Assembly: GCA_003427395.1 (NCBI GenBank)
Contig: BFEA01000005.1
Coordinates: 7,090,035-7,141,780 of the forward strand
Source: Chara braunii
Taxonomy: Eukaryota > Plantae > Charophyceae
Direction of reading: 5' to 3'
Length of the DNA stretch: 51,746 bases
Of the stretch, positions 12,095-24,010 are shown one piece after another. The stretch's first letter is position 1, and each line of letters starts with the position of its first letter. The notes under the pieces were generated by a model. The model worked only from the letters and a program-made list of their open reading frames with translations, was not told the origin of the DNA and ran no database searches. The translations under genes were made by a program, and so were the position numbers.

Positions 12095-12389
12095 TTTTTT
12101 TTTTTTTTTTTTTTTGTGAACCATCAGGCTGCTCCATCTATTGGTGGGGAGCAACACCGGGTCGAGCATCCCATTGGTATAATACAGCAACAATCTGGAA
12201 ACCGGGTCCAGCGTCCCATTGGTACATCACATAATACAGCAGCAAAGACCCTGTTTCCTGGGGCTGTAGTCGCTTATCGTATCTGTCCCGAGCTCCGTTG
12301 TCCCTTGGAGCTGCTGAAAACACCCACCCGCTGTGGAGCTCCTCTCACGTATGGACTCAGCCCTATCCAGCAGCCCCCAAGTGATATGG
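12095..12389 (-). mobile_element. ~295-bp retrocopy of the structured tail (copy C) with 11-bp TSD
   Basis: gattcctcttt at 12084-12094 and 12390-12400; poly(T) to 12115; gctccatctattggtggggagc and ccgggtccagcgtccc motifs, with a small internal duplication. Confidence 0.85.
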
Positions 12390-12644
12390 GATTCCTCTTT
12401 GTGTGAGCAACCAAGAGGAATGACATTCGAAAAAAGAAGAAGAAGAAGAAGAAGAAGAAGAAGAAGAGGAATGACATTCAATCATTTCAATGACATTCCA
12501 ATCTTAGTGTTACTGGGCTTTTTTCTTTTTTTCTCTGTTCCTTTTTTAACAAACATCATCACAGAGGACCAACTGCTGGATCCCATATGAGCACTGGACA
12601 TTCTGATGTCATGCTCTGATAACACTGGGACTTGCCTGGAGGTG

Positions 12645-13053
12645 TCTGACTGCAATCACGCCCAAATTCTGCCGAAAAGTCCTACAGTGAGTAAGCTAAT
12701 GATCTGGGTCTGACTCACCTTTTGGAACTTCCGTGTGTCCTTACAATTTTCTTTGTGAGCCAATTTGATGTTACGAGGCCTTTCGTGGACGAATCTGACC
12801 GCAATCGTGCCCAAATTCTGCCAAAAAGTCCTCCCAGAGTGAGAGTAGAGGAATGTTCTGGGTCTGACTCACGTTTTGGAACTTCTCTCGGAAGTCTTCC
12901 CAATTTTCGTTTCTGAGCGAGTGGGACTTTCCTGGGGGACTTCGTCGCCCTGCTCTTGCTATCACCTTGCTATCACCGTATCTGACTGCAATCATGTCCA
13001 AATTCCACAGAAAAGTCCTCCGACAGTGAGTAGGCTAATAATGATCTGGGTCT
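12645..13053. repeat. Three dispersed ~80-bp direct repeats with unique spacers
   Basis: tctgac.gcaatc..g.ccaaattc....aaaagtcct...agtgag...gatctgggtct at ~12645, ~12794 and ~12981. Confidence 0.85.
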
Positions 13054-14482
13054 TCTCATTTTTTGTCTTTTTTTAATACATCATGGGTCTTTGGCACTCT
13101 TTGCCCTTGAACAGACAATACAAGAGAGCCCACACAGCGCCTCGCTCCACTACACAACACTCTACATGCATTTGGACGATTTCTGCACCTGATGCACAAA
13201 TTGTTGGACTCATCCGAATGCATCTGGTCCAGAAAGCGGCAAATGCATGTCCAGTGTTGTGTAGCGGAGCCAGGTCCACAGCCTGACAAAACTTGCTGTA
13301 CATACCCACCTGGCCTAGCTCACACCCATCAGCGGCTGAACCACAGACCTCAGTTGGAATCCAGCTGGAACGAGTTGAGTGAAACAACTCTGAGAACAAC
13401 ATTGTTCTTGGGGAATAATTGGAAAAGAAAAAAAAGCAAAACAACTCTGAAGAGTCTATTTGGAGATGAGATGATATTTCAAGGCCGTCGCCCTTATTAA
13501 AAAAGAAACTGGGAAGTTGGAACTTGAAAGGAAAAGAAAAAGAAGGGGCAAGTGCGTTTATGTCAAAACGGAGTTTCGAATGGGCAAGCAAAACATGCCC
13601 GGGCAAAAAGAACACCCGCCCAACTCGAAAGGGCAATGAAGAAAAAAATGGGATGATGGAAAACAGGAGGAAGAAAATGGGACGATGGAAAAAAGGAGGC
13701 CTCGCGCGTCCGCCTGCTGGTAGCACTCTTCGGACCATGCGCTAATTTTGCGCTATTCGTCGCGCGTTGAGTTTGGCTTGGCACGGTGACTTTTGTCGCC
13801 ATCTATCAGCTGTACTTCCCCGCCGAATAACCCTAATTATCGCTTATGCTCCGCCGTCCGCTTGACAGTGTAGACATGGTTACTTTGAGGTGTGCAAGAC
13901 GACGTAGTCATACACGCAAGTTTTTTCGAGAGCCGTCTGCCCTGCTCGAGTTCACTACAACGATGTTTCACCTTCGAGTCCTTCGTAGCTCGACCCTAGA
14001 GTGGGTCGGGGAATGTTCTCATTCAGGCGAAGGTCTCCTCTGGGAGCTCCTACCCCACCCCACCCGTATACCTCACTGAATCTACATGCACACTAGACTC
14101 TTTGTACCTTGAGGAGCCGTTCCTCACCCAGAGCCCGGAACTTGGGGGATGGGTTCCTCTGTCACCACTTCGAGACATCTGACACCCAACACTGTGTAGT
14201 AGGGCAGTTTTTGGCAAGCTCAAGGTATTTGGTGTAGAAGTGAATTGAGGAGGGCAACAAGAGTGTAGCGGTCCCCCTGAAGCCCGGCAGCTAGGCCGGA
14301 CCAGTTTCAGGCCATCGGCCTGATCCTGGTCCAGTACCATTGGTTTTCCCAGTACCTGGACCTAGGCCGGTATACCACTTCGGCCTAGGCCCAGGTCGGG
14401 GGCTTTTCGCTCAGTTGGTTCATTCATTCATTCAGTCGGACTCCCACTCAGCTGCTGCTTCTCGTGTGTGTCCATCTCCTCG

Positions 14483-14488
<6 letters not shown>

Positions 14489-14552
<64 letters not shown>

Positions 14553-14712
14553 NNNNNNNNNNNNNNNNNNNNNNNNNNNNNNNNNNNNNNNNNNNNNNNN
14601 NNNNNNNNNNNNNNNNNNNNNNNNNNNNNNNNNNNNNNNNNNNNNNNNNNNNNNNNNNNNNNNNNNNNNNNNNNNNNNNNNNNNNNNNNNNNNNNNNNNN
14701 NNNNNNNNNNNN

Positions 14713-14769
<57 letters not shown>
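14489..14769. repeat. (CT)n / gap / (CA)n microsatellite
   Basis: Direct observation. Confidence 0.95.
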
Positions 14770-14770
<1 letters not shown>

Positions 14771-16300
14771 ATCTCCGCACGTGCCCCTTGCACGTGCGTC
14801 ACATTGGTATCAGAGCAGGAAGACCTCCAACCTGCTCCCTCCCACCCAACCCATATGCCACGTGGCCTCCCTACCATCTGCCACGTGTCCGTCCGTGCTG
14901 TATCTGCATGACTTGTGAAAACGTGCAGACCCCCAAGACAGCACCTTGGCTTGATGCCCCTCGGCTCCATCGACCCCTTCCATACGGTTCCCAACTTCCC
15001 AAGCTGACGTCAATTGGCGAGTCCGCCCTCCAGCAATTCTACCTCGAACGGGTGGCCATCCTCCGTCTTCATCGACAGCCTCCATCGAGGTCTCCAGCGT
15101 ACCACGCCAGCGTCTTCAGCGACTGCTTCATCATCTTGGACCAACAGCTTGCCAACCTCCGAGTCCTGCAGACGCCATCCCTGTCGAAGCCACCGTCGGC
15201 ATACACACCTGGCCAATCCAGAGCTGCGGGTGCATTCTTCTGTGTGAATGTACCTGGGCCTCCCTTCGACCAGGTGCATTCCAGCCACACTTCCCTCCAC
15301 TCGACCTCCCGTTCTCCGCTACCCCAATTTGATCTATCTACCCAATAGCGCCCTTATCCCCATCCCATCTCCCACCCCGACCTCTGCAACACTGATTCGC
15401 TATCCCAGCTTCCGATCCCGCCACCTCCTGCCCTCTCTTTTGCCCGCCATTTCTTCATTCCCCCTCCTCCCTCCGCCTTCTCCCCGGAACTCCGTTCCCG
15501 CTTTACTCACTCAAGCTTATCCCCTCATCGGGCACTTCCTCTGCAGCGCTCGTTCCCCCCCTTCAGACTCGTTTCCCTGGGGTGCTGCTCTGCCCCATGC
15601 TTGTCCCTAGTGCGCTCCCTTCACCCGCGCCCGCAGCCCCTGCCCCCCTGCTTTCACCCTTCCCTGACGCCCAACCATCTTCCCCCACCCCGGCTCCAAT
15701 CTCGAGCCCGTCTTCCCCCATCGCGATTTGGTTCTCCCCTCCATCCCCAGCGGTGCCCCGCTATCCCTCCCGAATTCGATCCCGCTATCTACCCCTCTCG
15801 GTCCCAACCCCGACTCTCCCCTCCCAACTGGCTTCACCGATCCTGTTTCCTCTCTGCCAGCGCTCCATGTCCCGATCCCTTTCCCACCCCACTCATCGCT
15901 TCCACCCTCCTCCCGCTGGTCCGCGCCCCCTCTCTCGCCCTCCCGGCGCAGCTTTCTGCGCGAATGTGCACGCTGTCGGAGGGCGTGGTGTCCCGGCCCT
16001 CCGATGCGTACCGGACTCCAGCTCACTAACTTTTGCTGCGTACCGGACGCCTGCTTACGGACCTTCGCAGCATACCAGCTCCCTGCTCACAGATCTTCGT
16101 GGTGTACGAGCCTACCAGGTGCACTCTATTCACAACCTTGGTAGTGTACTAGGTTCGTCATGCGAATATCCTGTCCTTGGGCTGATCTGGCGGGCGCTCC
16201 CTTGGCAAAAGGTGTGGGTGCGCCACTGGACTTTCCATCGGTCCACGCAGGCTTGGCGCCCTGCTGTACAGCAGAGCATGACCAGCCTGTGGCCGTAATA
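14770..16300 (+). pseudogene. Possible decayed Pro/Ser-rich ORF of unknown type
   Basis: ORF pieces to 15348 and 15582-16298 share a motif (AGAFFCVNV / GAAFCANV); A-rich tract follows at ~16425-16457; no known domain. Confidence 0.25.
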
Positions 16301-16779
16301 GCTGCCGGGCTAGCCCAGGGACGCGAAGGTAGAGAGGGACTGGAGCGTTTTTTTCTACTACGCGCTGAGTTCCCTCTAACAGAGTTATGGGATAGATGCA
16401 AACACCGCTAAGCCTGGAAAAATGTGTAAATAAAAGAAAATAAAAAAAAAGAAAAAGAATGGTGAAAAACCGTAAAAAACGAAGCTCCGCTTTCATACCT
16501 GCATCTAAACCCAGACCAAGATATAAAAATATCAGATCGGATGAATTTTAACAGCCGCTGCGCAAGGGAATTTTTAAGTGTTGTATTCTCTCCCTTGTCA
16601 TTGTCTTTATTACTTTTATTATTATTATTATTATTATTTATTTCTTTTATTTAATTGTCCTTCTGTCATTTTCGCAGGGGAACGAATGGTCTGTTTTCAG
16701 ATCAGTAATTGCGTATGTGCGGTCTAGACTGACCGGCCTCTTGTGTCTTAGTCCTCGTGAGTGTGAATGGCCAGGCCTC

Positions 16780-17135
16780 TTTTTTTTTTTCTTTTTTTTT
16801 TTCTGAAAGGCCCTTGTGCAAGACGTCTATCCTGGTGGTGGTAAGAGAACCACCCGGATTGAGGCTTTGCCTAGTGGGCCGCCAGGCCTCGTGGTGAGGA
16901 GCTCCCAAAAAAGGAGTACCCGCAGCCTCGTTGGTAGCAGGCTTATTACCTCCTGCGGAAGGTCATAAGCCCCTTCCTTGCCATTGGATACGGGTACTCA
17001 TCAGGGATGGCTCAGAGACCTCCTTTGAAGGGAGAAACGCAACTATTGGTATCCCGTTATGGGATCCTCGCGCCGCGTCCAGTCTTTACAGACTGAGTTA
17101 AAAAGACTATGGGCGCTGACTAGGGTGGGCGCCTG
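16780..17135 (-). mobile_element. Structured poly(A)-tailed retroelement 3' end, copy D (variant)
   Basis: Poly(T) 16780-16802; minus strand agctcctcaccacgaggcctggcggcccactaggcaaagcctcaatccgggtggttctcttaccaccaccaggatag...gggcctttc aligns with copy E; many local hairpins upstream. Confidence 0.7.
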
Positions 17136-17699
17136 TTCAAGTAACTGTTGGGACTTGACAGCTTTTCCTTTTTCTTTTTTTTTTGTTATGATATTATTTT
17201 AAATTTTTAATAAAGTTAAAAAAATATATTTATCCATTTAGATATGTTTAAAAAACATATTGTTTAGAACGCAGGGGTCGCGCTATGCAGCGATCCTATA
17301 AACAGAGAAGATGGCGTGTTACTTGCAATTGGCCGCCGCGTTGCAATCTCGTGCAAGGAACATGAATGTGGACGAAGCACAGAAATCCAGATTGCAAAAT
17401 CACACTGAAGTCCAAGTAGTCAAAGCACGAGCAGATAGCACAATGGAACCGAGTAACCATCCATTTGAGAATGATACAGAAGAATCGTGAGTCAATGTCC
17501 AAGCCCAATCGGGCAACACCAACAGCATAACCCAATGTAGCTCTCTCTCTTGAATGGCGCCAGGCGCCCTACCTACTCTACAGGCTATCACTACGACTAC
17601 AGCATGGAAGCAACCAGACAACTTGACTACCAGCGAGTGATGATGTCAACACCAATGCCGACCTCCTCTCCACCAGGTACATCTCTCTCTTCTCCATCA

Positions 17700-19480
17700 C
17701 TCTCCTTTGTTATCCCACACAGCGCCCTTCACCTCCGAAGAACCATCTTCGCCCTTCACCTCCTCTGCGCCCACAGGCAGCCCGGCTATGGCCGCCAGCG
17801 CCCTGCGCCCAGGCAGCGCTCTACCGCTTAGCGCTAGCCTGCCTCTACCTCAGCCTAGCGCAGCGCAGCACCTCGCAAACGCGCAGCGTGCCGGCATTGC
17901 TCGCAATGGCCAAGNTCCCTGCCNACTCGCCCTCCCTGCCTATATGCCAGTGTTGCGTGTGGGCGGCCTCCCTTGAGCCTGCGCCTGGGCCCCAGTACCT
18001 GTACCCAGGCCCAATGTGGTTGGGGCCCAGGAGATGCAGTTGCGCCTGTTTCATCGAGGCCTGCGGCCAGATTCAGATAGTGGACCGGTTTCCCATTGGC
18101 ATTTTCGGCCTCTATCCCCAGCATGCATTGTCGGCCTCACGTTTATGTGCCCAGGGCCTAACCAACTCTGGGGCCCTGGGATTTCTGCATTTGCAGACCT
18201 CCGATACTCGGTGCACTCCAACCAACTGGCGTGCTGCAACTGTATGGACCCCACTTCGTGAAATGTTTGCACAGAGGGCTCTTGTTGATTTGCTGGCCCG
18301 CGTTCACTTAGGGCGGGCACGAGGCTTGCTGGGGGCCTTAGCCCAGAACATGTACATCATGGCAAGGCCCCTTCTTGAGGGCTCAATCCTCACACTCGCT
18401 ATTGCAAATTGAAATAGCAGTGTACCAGAGGTACAGCTATTTGTGAGAGTGAGCAGCTATTGGTACTGAGCTTCGGCTATTTCTGGAAGGGTAGTGGCTA
18501 TGGCGTGCATAAAAGGATTAAAGGGTTACTGGCCTGATTGTTGGAGGTTATTGACCCGCTGGTCATTGGTTTCTGGAAAAGGCCCCTGGATCACAACAAT
18601 TCTGAACTTCGATGGTGATGAAGCAAAGTTAAAAATTAATGTTGAAGGAGGGAGAAAGGCTGAAATGAGAGGGGATCAGAAACTGCGGGCGGCTGTCACA
18701 GAGGCAAAAGGCAGGGCGGAAAAAAGGCTTCGGCGGGATCACATTACCGCCCGACTTGAGATCACTATAGCCTACCACGAGACTGAGAGCTCAACGGTAA
18801 CCACCGAGTAGGAGTAGAGAGGTATGGACCGAGACTCAGAAGCGGAGAGCGAGGAGAACGACACCATGACTCAGACCTGGCACGGATTGGAGCAGTGGCA
18901 AAGGGACCGCCCTCCGGCAGAGCCTGTAGAAGACAGACCAAAAGCAAACTCCCGTCAACGGAGAGACTGAGCCAGGAGGTTGTTACACATGGTGGAGGGA
19001 CCATCCGCTAGCGGAGTTTGTGGAGGACGGGCCGGAGGCCGGTTCATGCCAGCAGCAAGACTGAGGCCAGTACGCGAGAGAGCAGAGGGACCAAGACCGT
19101 TGGGCGGTTGCAGGACCAAGGGGGGGAAGTGGCAAGACGTATGAGCATGGGAATGAGAGACATGCGCAAGAGGGAGAAGTCAGACAATTGCGGTATGCAG
19201 TGAGGGATGTTCCTGTTGACATTATCTTCTCCCACAAGTCATGGTATCGCGTGCGTTAGTGAGTAGTGCAGGTTGCAAAGCAGTGGAGTGTGTATCGAGA
19301 GATGTGTGTTGCACAGTTCAAAGGAACGGTCTTCATTCTGCTACGTACAATGCTCGGACGGGCTAGGGAGGGTTTAGGGTTTACGTAAGTTATAAAAACA
19401 GGAAAAAGGGTTTGGAAAACCCGAACAGAAAGAAACCGACAGAGGCGATTATAAGATGTTCTGCAAACTGTCAACACATA
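17700..19480 (+). pseudogene. Decayed long ORF of unknown function
   Basis: ORFs 17888-18412 and 18494-18811 are in the same frame and continue with scattered stops (Cys-rich start, LVDLLARVHLGRARGLLGALAQ, YWPDCWRLLTRWSL, acidic region, DVPVDIIFSHKSWYRV). Confidence 0.45.
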
Positions 19481-19485
19481 CAATT

Positions 19486-19798
19486 AGGGGGGCTGCTTAA
19501 CAGGGCTAATATCATCACCTAAGGGGGTGCTCCGACATGGGATGGGAGATTGCTGCAGCTCCAGGGAGAAAAAGGAAAGCCCCAGCTAGGGAATACAAAG
19601 GTTCACAGCCCTGTCAAACAAACATTTATCTCTGTGCCACACGATGTTCTAAGGGACGCTGGGCCCGATTCTCAGCAGGTGTAGCTCCCCACCAATAGAT
19701 GGAGCAGCCCAACGGGAAAACTCTCAACCCTGGCAGTTCTCTAACCACCACCGAGATAGTGCGTTTTCGATGGGCTTTTGTTGTAAGGAAAAAAAAAN

Positions 19799-19843
<45 letters not shown>
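19486..19843 (+). mobile_element. Structured tail copy E plus poly(A)
   Basis: ggggctgc...gcagctcc stem; gggacgctgggcccgattctcagcaggtgtagctccccaccaatagatggagc; agccca...tgggct hairpin; poly(A) 19789-19843. Confidence 0.85.
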
Positions 19844-19845
<2 letters not shown>

Positions 19846-20379
19846 CCTGGTCAGAGTGGGCGCGTTCGTCTGAAGTGGTACTTGAGAGATTGCTGCGCAT
19901 GAACTGGTAGTTGATGCCAACTGCTCTGCCACCATACCCTTCAGTCAGAGAAGAGGACATGGTTGTGTGAGCACACTACGAGCCAGACCTTTTGAGGGAC
20001 TTTTGAGAGAGACATGTGAACAACAAAGATTATCTTCGTCGACTCTCTTACGTGGCATGAGTTACTTACTTCCACACGCGTCGCCTCCCTTACAGAGATA
20101 TGGGAGCTTCATCCCTATCGTGGAGTATGAATAGACAAACCCGCAAAACCAGCTAATTGTGATGTTTGAAGGTTCGCATAACCAGATGAGAGAGAGGGTT
20201 CTGTTCACAACTCATAGTGTGAGCAGTTCACATGCTCTCGTGATAAACGCTCCACGTCGTGTGTCAACTGTCAGGGGTTTCTAGCTAGTGTGAGTGATTT
20301 CTACGAGAGATGTTCCCACTCTCCACCTTTGTCGAGGAGGGGGTACCGTGGGGTACTGCGGATTCCACAGAGACGAAGC

Positions 20380-21150
20380 GCCTAGCGCACACAAAACAGG
20401 TAAGGGCGCTGGATCACGCCATGCCACAGGCGTGGCAAATGATGATCCCACATGCGCAAGTTTCCATCTCAGGTACGTGTCGCGAGAGAGTTCCATAGCC
20501 GCAGCTTTTTATGTGCAGCTGCATTGGGCTGAGAAGCGGATGAACATGGTCATCACCACTGGAACTAGGCGAAGTAAGTTTTTCGGTGTTGAAGTGTGCG
20601 AGTGAATTCATCGGCGTGGAAATGATTTGCGTCTTTTTTTCAGGTGTTCTCAAGCAGGGAAGGAAGATAGGTAAATGTGTATGTGCGACATCACCCAGGG
20701 AGAGGAGAAGGGGAGAAAATAAGAAAAGCAACAAGTAGGAAGTCGAGTGGCCTGTGGCGCGATCTTCTACGTGTGAGTATTGTTGGGCTGCCTGTCGTAG
20801 TTGTCGTCACCCCTTTCCATCTACATCGACTCTCTGTCTTTGCCATCCTCCGCAGTTGTCTTCGCCAGAGGATGTTCGTGCCCAGCGCACACGCAACAGG
20901 CACAGGCGCTGGATCACACTACGTCACAGGTTGACGTAGCAACTGAACCCATGGGTGGGGAAGGTGCAAGTAGCTATCTCAGGTAAGTGTCGCGACAAAA
21001 GTTCCATAGCTGCAAGGTGAGGAATATGGTCATCACCGCGGGAATGGGACGGGGTGAACTTTTAGGAGTTAGAAGTAGGTGGGAGAATGCGTCGTCGTGG
21101 AAATAGCTTGCGCAGCAGTTTCAAAGGAAGGATGATAGGTAAACGTGAAA
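20380..21150. repeat. Diverged ~500-bp-period duplication containing splice-donor-like sites
   Basis: agcgcacac...acagg...ggcgctggatcac and atctcaggta.gtgtcgcga.a.agttccatagc...atggtcatcacc...gataggtaaa at ~20380-20680 and ~20880-21150. Confidence 0.75.
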
Positions 21151-21530
21151 TCGCATATAGTTGGTGAAGGGAGGGACACGTGGTGGGAGCGCTGAACGAT
21201 ATCTTCCCCATTTGCGGCAGGAAGGAAGGGGGAGTTAAGCAAGGTGAATGAATCTGGACCCCTTTTATGGTCCAGATACATTAAGTTTTGCAAATATATA
21301 AGAGACATGCAAAAAAATACCAGATCACGCCACGTCATGAGTCGACATGGCTAGTGATTGGCAGAGAGGAAGGGGGGAGTGAAGCATTGTAAATGTATCA
21401 GGACCTAGGCTACCAGAGTGGCCCGGGGTCACTTGCCCGGTTGGGCCAAAAAAAATAAAAAAAATAAAAATAAAAGAATTATTTTTAAATTTTAATTTTT
21501 ATATTAAATTTGGTGAAGAATTTTTATTTA

Positions 21531-21677
21531 TTTTTTTTTTTAAACGGGCCCAGTGCCCAAGGCTGATATTACCAATATTAAGATTGAGGCCGGGGTCCTC
21601 ACAGTCTACCCGGAGTGACCGAACCGAACATGCTGAGAATCGGGTTCAGCGTCCCTCATATGATGATAATGATGATG

Positions 21678-21709
<32 letters not shown>

Positions 21710-23540
21710 GATGATGATGAACTTCTGCTGATTCTATGTAAGGTGTAAGATAATGATACTAATGATGATGATGATGATGATAATGATGATGATTAGTATG
21801 TAAAAAATTTAGAAGACTATGCTATATCAGCAAATCTGGCCTCCTAATCCTAGAACAACTCCTAGCCCTTCCTGTACCAGGACATTACATCTCAGAGACA
21901 ATGCCATCCTAACCAACGTCAACCATAGCTGACCTGTTCTCGCTACCTAGACTATCCCTGGTCCCATAGGTTGTCCAGGCAGCCCCCCCGGTTCGCCACT
22001 GGATTGCTTTCCTCCCTCAGCAAATCCCCAGGTCTCTCTACAAGGTCTCACACTCCTACCATTTGCAGGTTACAGGGCAACTCCCCAGCTCTGGCCAGCG
22101 TCGTTCTGGCATCGGCAAACCAGGGGCACAAAACAAAGCCACTCTGCAGATATCAGTCTAGATTCCACCATCTCTGAAATCCTATATCCGAACGAGGAAG
22201 AAGGTCAGATGCCGCCAAGAATTACAGCACACCAAAAAGCTTGATGTAACATGATTGAAGACTCTGAAATTCTGAAGCACCTGATACTACGTAGTACGTA
22301 CGCTTGTCCTGGATCTTTAAAGACAACCGTTTGTCTCCCAAACACGTACATACCACTAAAAGATTACCTTGGAAATCAATTGAAGAAATCTTCCCCCCCG
22401 ACCTTCACCTTCCCCCCTGTCCCAGCGCTGCCTCCACCGAAGAGAATCGTCGTGCTTGCAGAGATTCTCCATTGGCCCCAGCTTGGGACAGACCCCCTCC
22501 CCCTCCTGTTCCTACAAAGGCATCCAATTCCCACCTAAAGTATGCCTCTGGCANAGATTCTCCATTGGCCCCAGCTTGGGACAGACCCCCTCCCCCTCCT
22601 GTTCCTACAAAGGCATCCAATTCCCACCTAAAGTATGCCTCTGGCAACCTCTACCCTAATCTGCCCCCGCTAGGGTATGATGCTACAATGTACTTCTACC
22701 CCAACCCCAGAATAGGGCAATCCCCATATTTTGCCCCCACCCCCTTCAGAGCATTCACCGCCCACCTTATGAAGCCCCTGCAGAGTAGAGCTCTCCCCGT
22801 CAACACCCAACCGCCATCATCCGAAAGTAAATCATTAGAGCACGTTGGAGGAGAAAACAAAATTTAGGACGGCATTTAGACCTCCATTTTTTGATGAAAT
22901 AAGAAGTGAGATTAGATTTGAATGCTATAAGAATTCCAAGAGAACATCAAAATGTCTGTAAGACTGTAACCATATTGAGGGAATCAAGGATTAGTTAAGA
23001 CTTAATTTATTATTAATTAATTACTTAAAATTTTTAGGTATATGGAAGGTAGAAATCCAGATTGGAGATTCAGAAATTCGAAATGTTGGAATTTAGGAAT
23101 TCTAGGTAGTAAAAATACCAATTAGCTTAGTTGTAGGAGTTGAGAGTTACGATGATGCTCGAATATTCAGGAATATTATTTGGATATTTAATTAGGATAT
23201 TATTTTAGTTGAAAGAATAGATTGGATATTAGAATGATGATATGTATGATGATTGGATGCTGATTAATTAGCTAAAAAGGATACTAATTAGAAGTAAGAA
23301 TTAGGAGAATAGTACAGCCTATATTACTAAGTGGCCCATCCCTTTCCCCCCTAAATCCCAATCTCCCACCTCCTCACCTACTACCTTTCCCCTTCTCTCC
23401 CTCCCTTATCCCCACCTTCTTCCTACCCTGGCCCCTCCTACCCCATTCCCTCCTCCACTTCTACCCATTGTCGCCCCACTACACTCCTCGTCCTTGCTAG
23501 ATGAGGCGGCGGAACAACCCTGAAGCGAAGCAAAGGAGAG
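21531..23540 (-). mobile_element. Nested poly(A)-tailed element (tail copy F at 21531-21657) with (GAT)n and a decayed ORF at ~21840-22870
   Basis: Minus strand gggacgctgaacccgattctcagc...ggcctcaatc...ttgggcactgggcccgttt-poly(A); plus-frame translation LLILEQLLALPVPGHYISETMPS*...VRHWIAFLPQQIPRSLYKV with scattered stops (ORF strand not certain); C-rich tract 23340-23490. Confidence 0.5.
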
Positions 23541-23642
23541 AATAGAAAACGAGAAGAAGAGGGCAGAGGACTAATAAGGAGGAGGTGGGGAGGGAAGAAT
23601 AAAGTGAAGAGGCAGCCGAGTAAAGAGAAGAGTCAGAAGGGG

Positions 23643-23715
23643 AAGGAGGAGGGAAGGACATGAAGAGGAAGATGGATTAAAAATAGACGAACATCACCCA
23701 CGACCGCCAAATGCC

Positions 23716-23751
<36 letters not shown>

Positions 23752-23825
23752 CTAAGGAGGAGGGAAGGACACGAAGAGGAAGATGGATGAAAAATAACGA
23801 ACATTACCCACGACCGACAAATGCT

Positions 23826-23857
<32 letters not shown>

Positions 23858-24010
23858 AATGATGATGATGATGATGATGCCGATGCCGATGCTGATGTTG
23901 ATTTTGATGTTGATGCTGATGATGCTGGCAACAAGATCGGTAGCTGCTGTCATCCTTGCGCAGCGGCCATGCTCACCGGTGTCATGTGGAAGATGATGAT
24001 GATGATGATG
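23643..24010. repeat. (GAT)n microsatellites inside a ~110-bp tandem duplication
   Basis: aaggaggagggaaggaca.gaagaggaagatggat.aaaaata..cgaacat.acccacgaccg.caaatgc.atgatg at 23644 and 23755; further (GAT)n at 21660-21793. Confidence 0.9.

Noticed and set aside
13056-13330. Cys-rich minus ORF as a SWIM/MuDR zinc finger
   Set aside because: Spacing does not fit CxC...CxH and no transposase motifs flank it
16990-17005. CUGAUGA box in tail D as a hammerhead
   Set aside because: The following stem is not followed by GAAA
22462-22646. Exact 93-bp-period tandem duplication
   Set aside because: Identical copies joined by a single N at 22554, the typical signature of a contig-overlap assembly artefact
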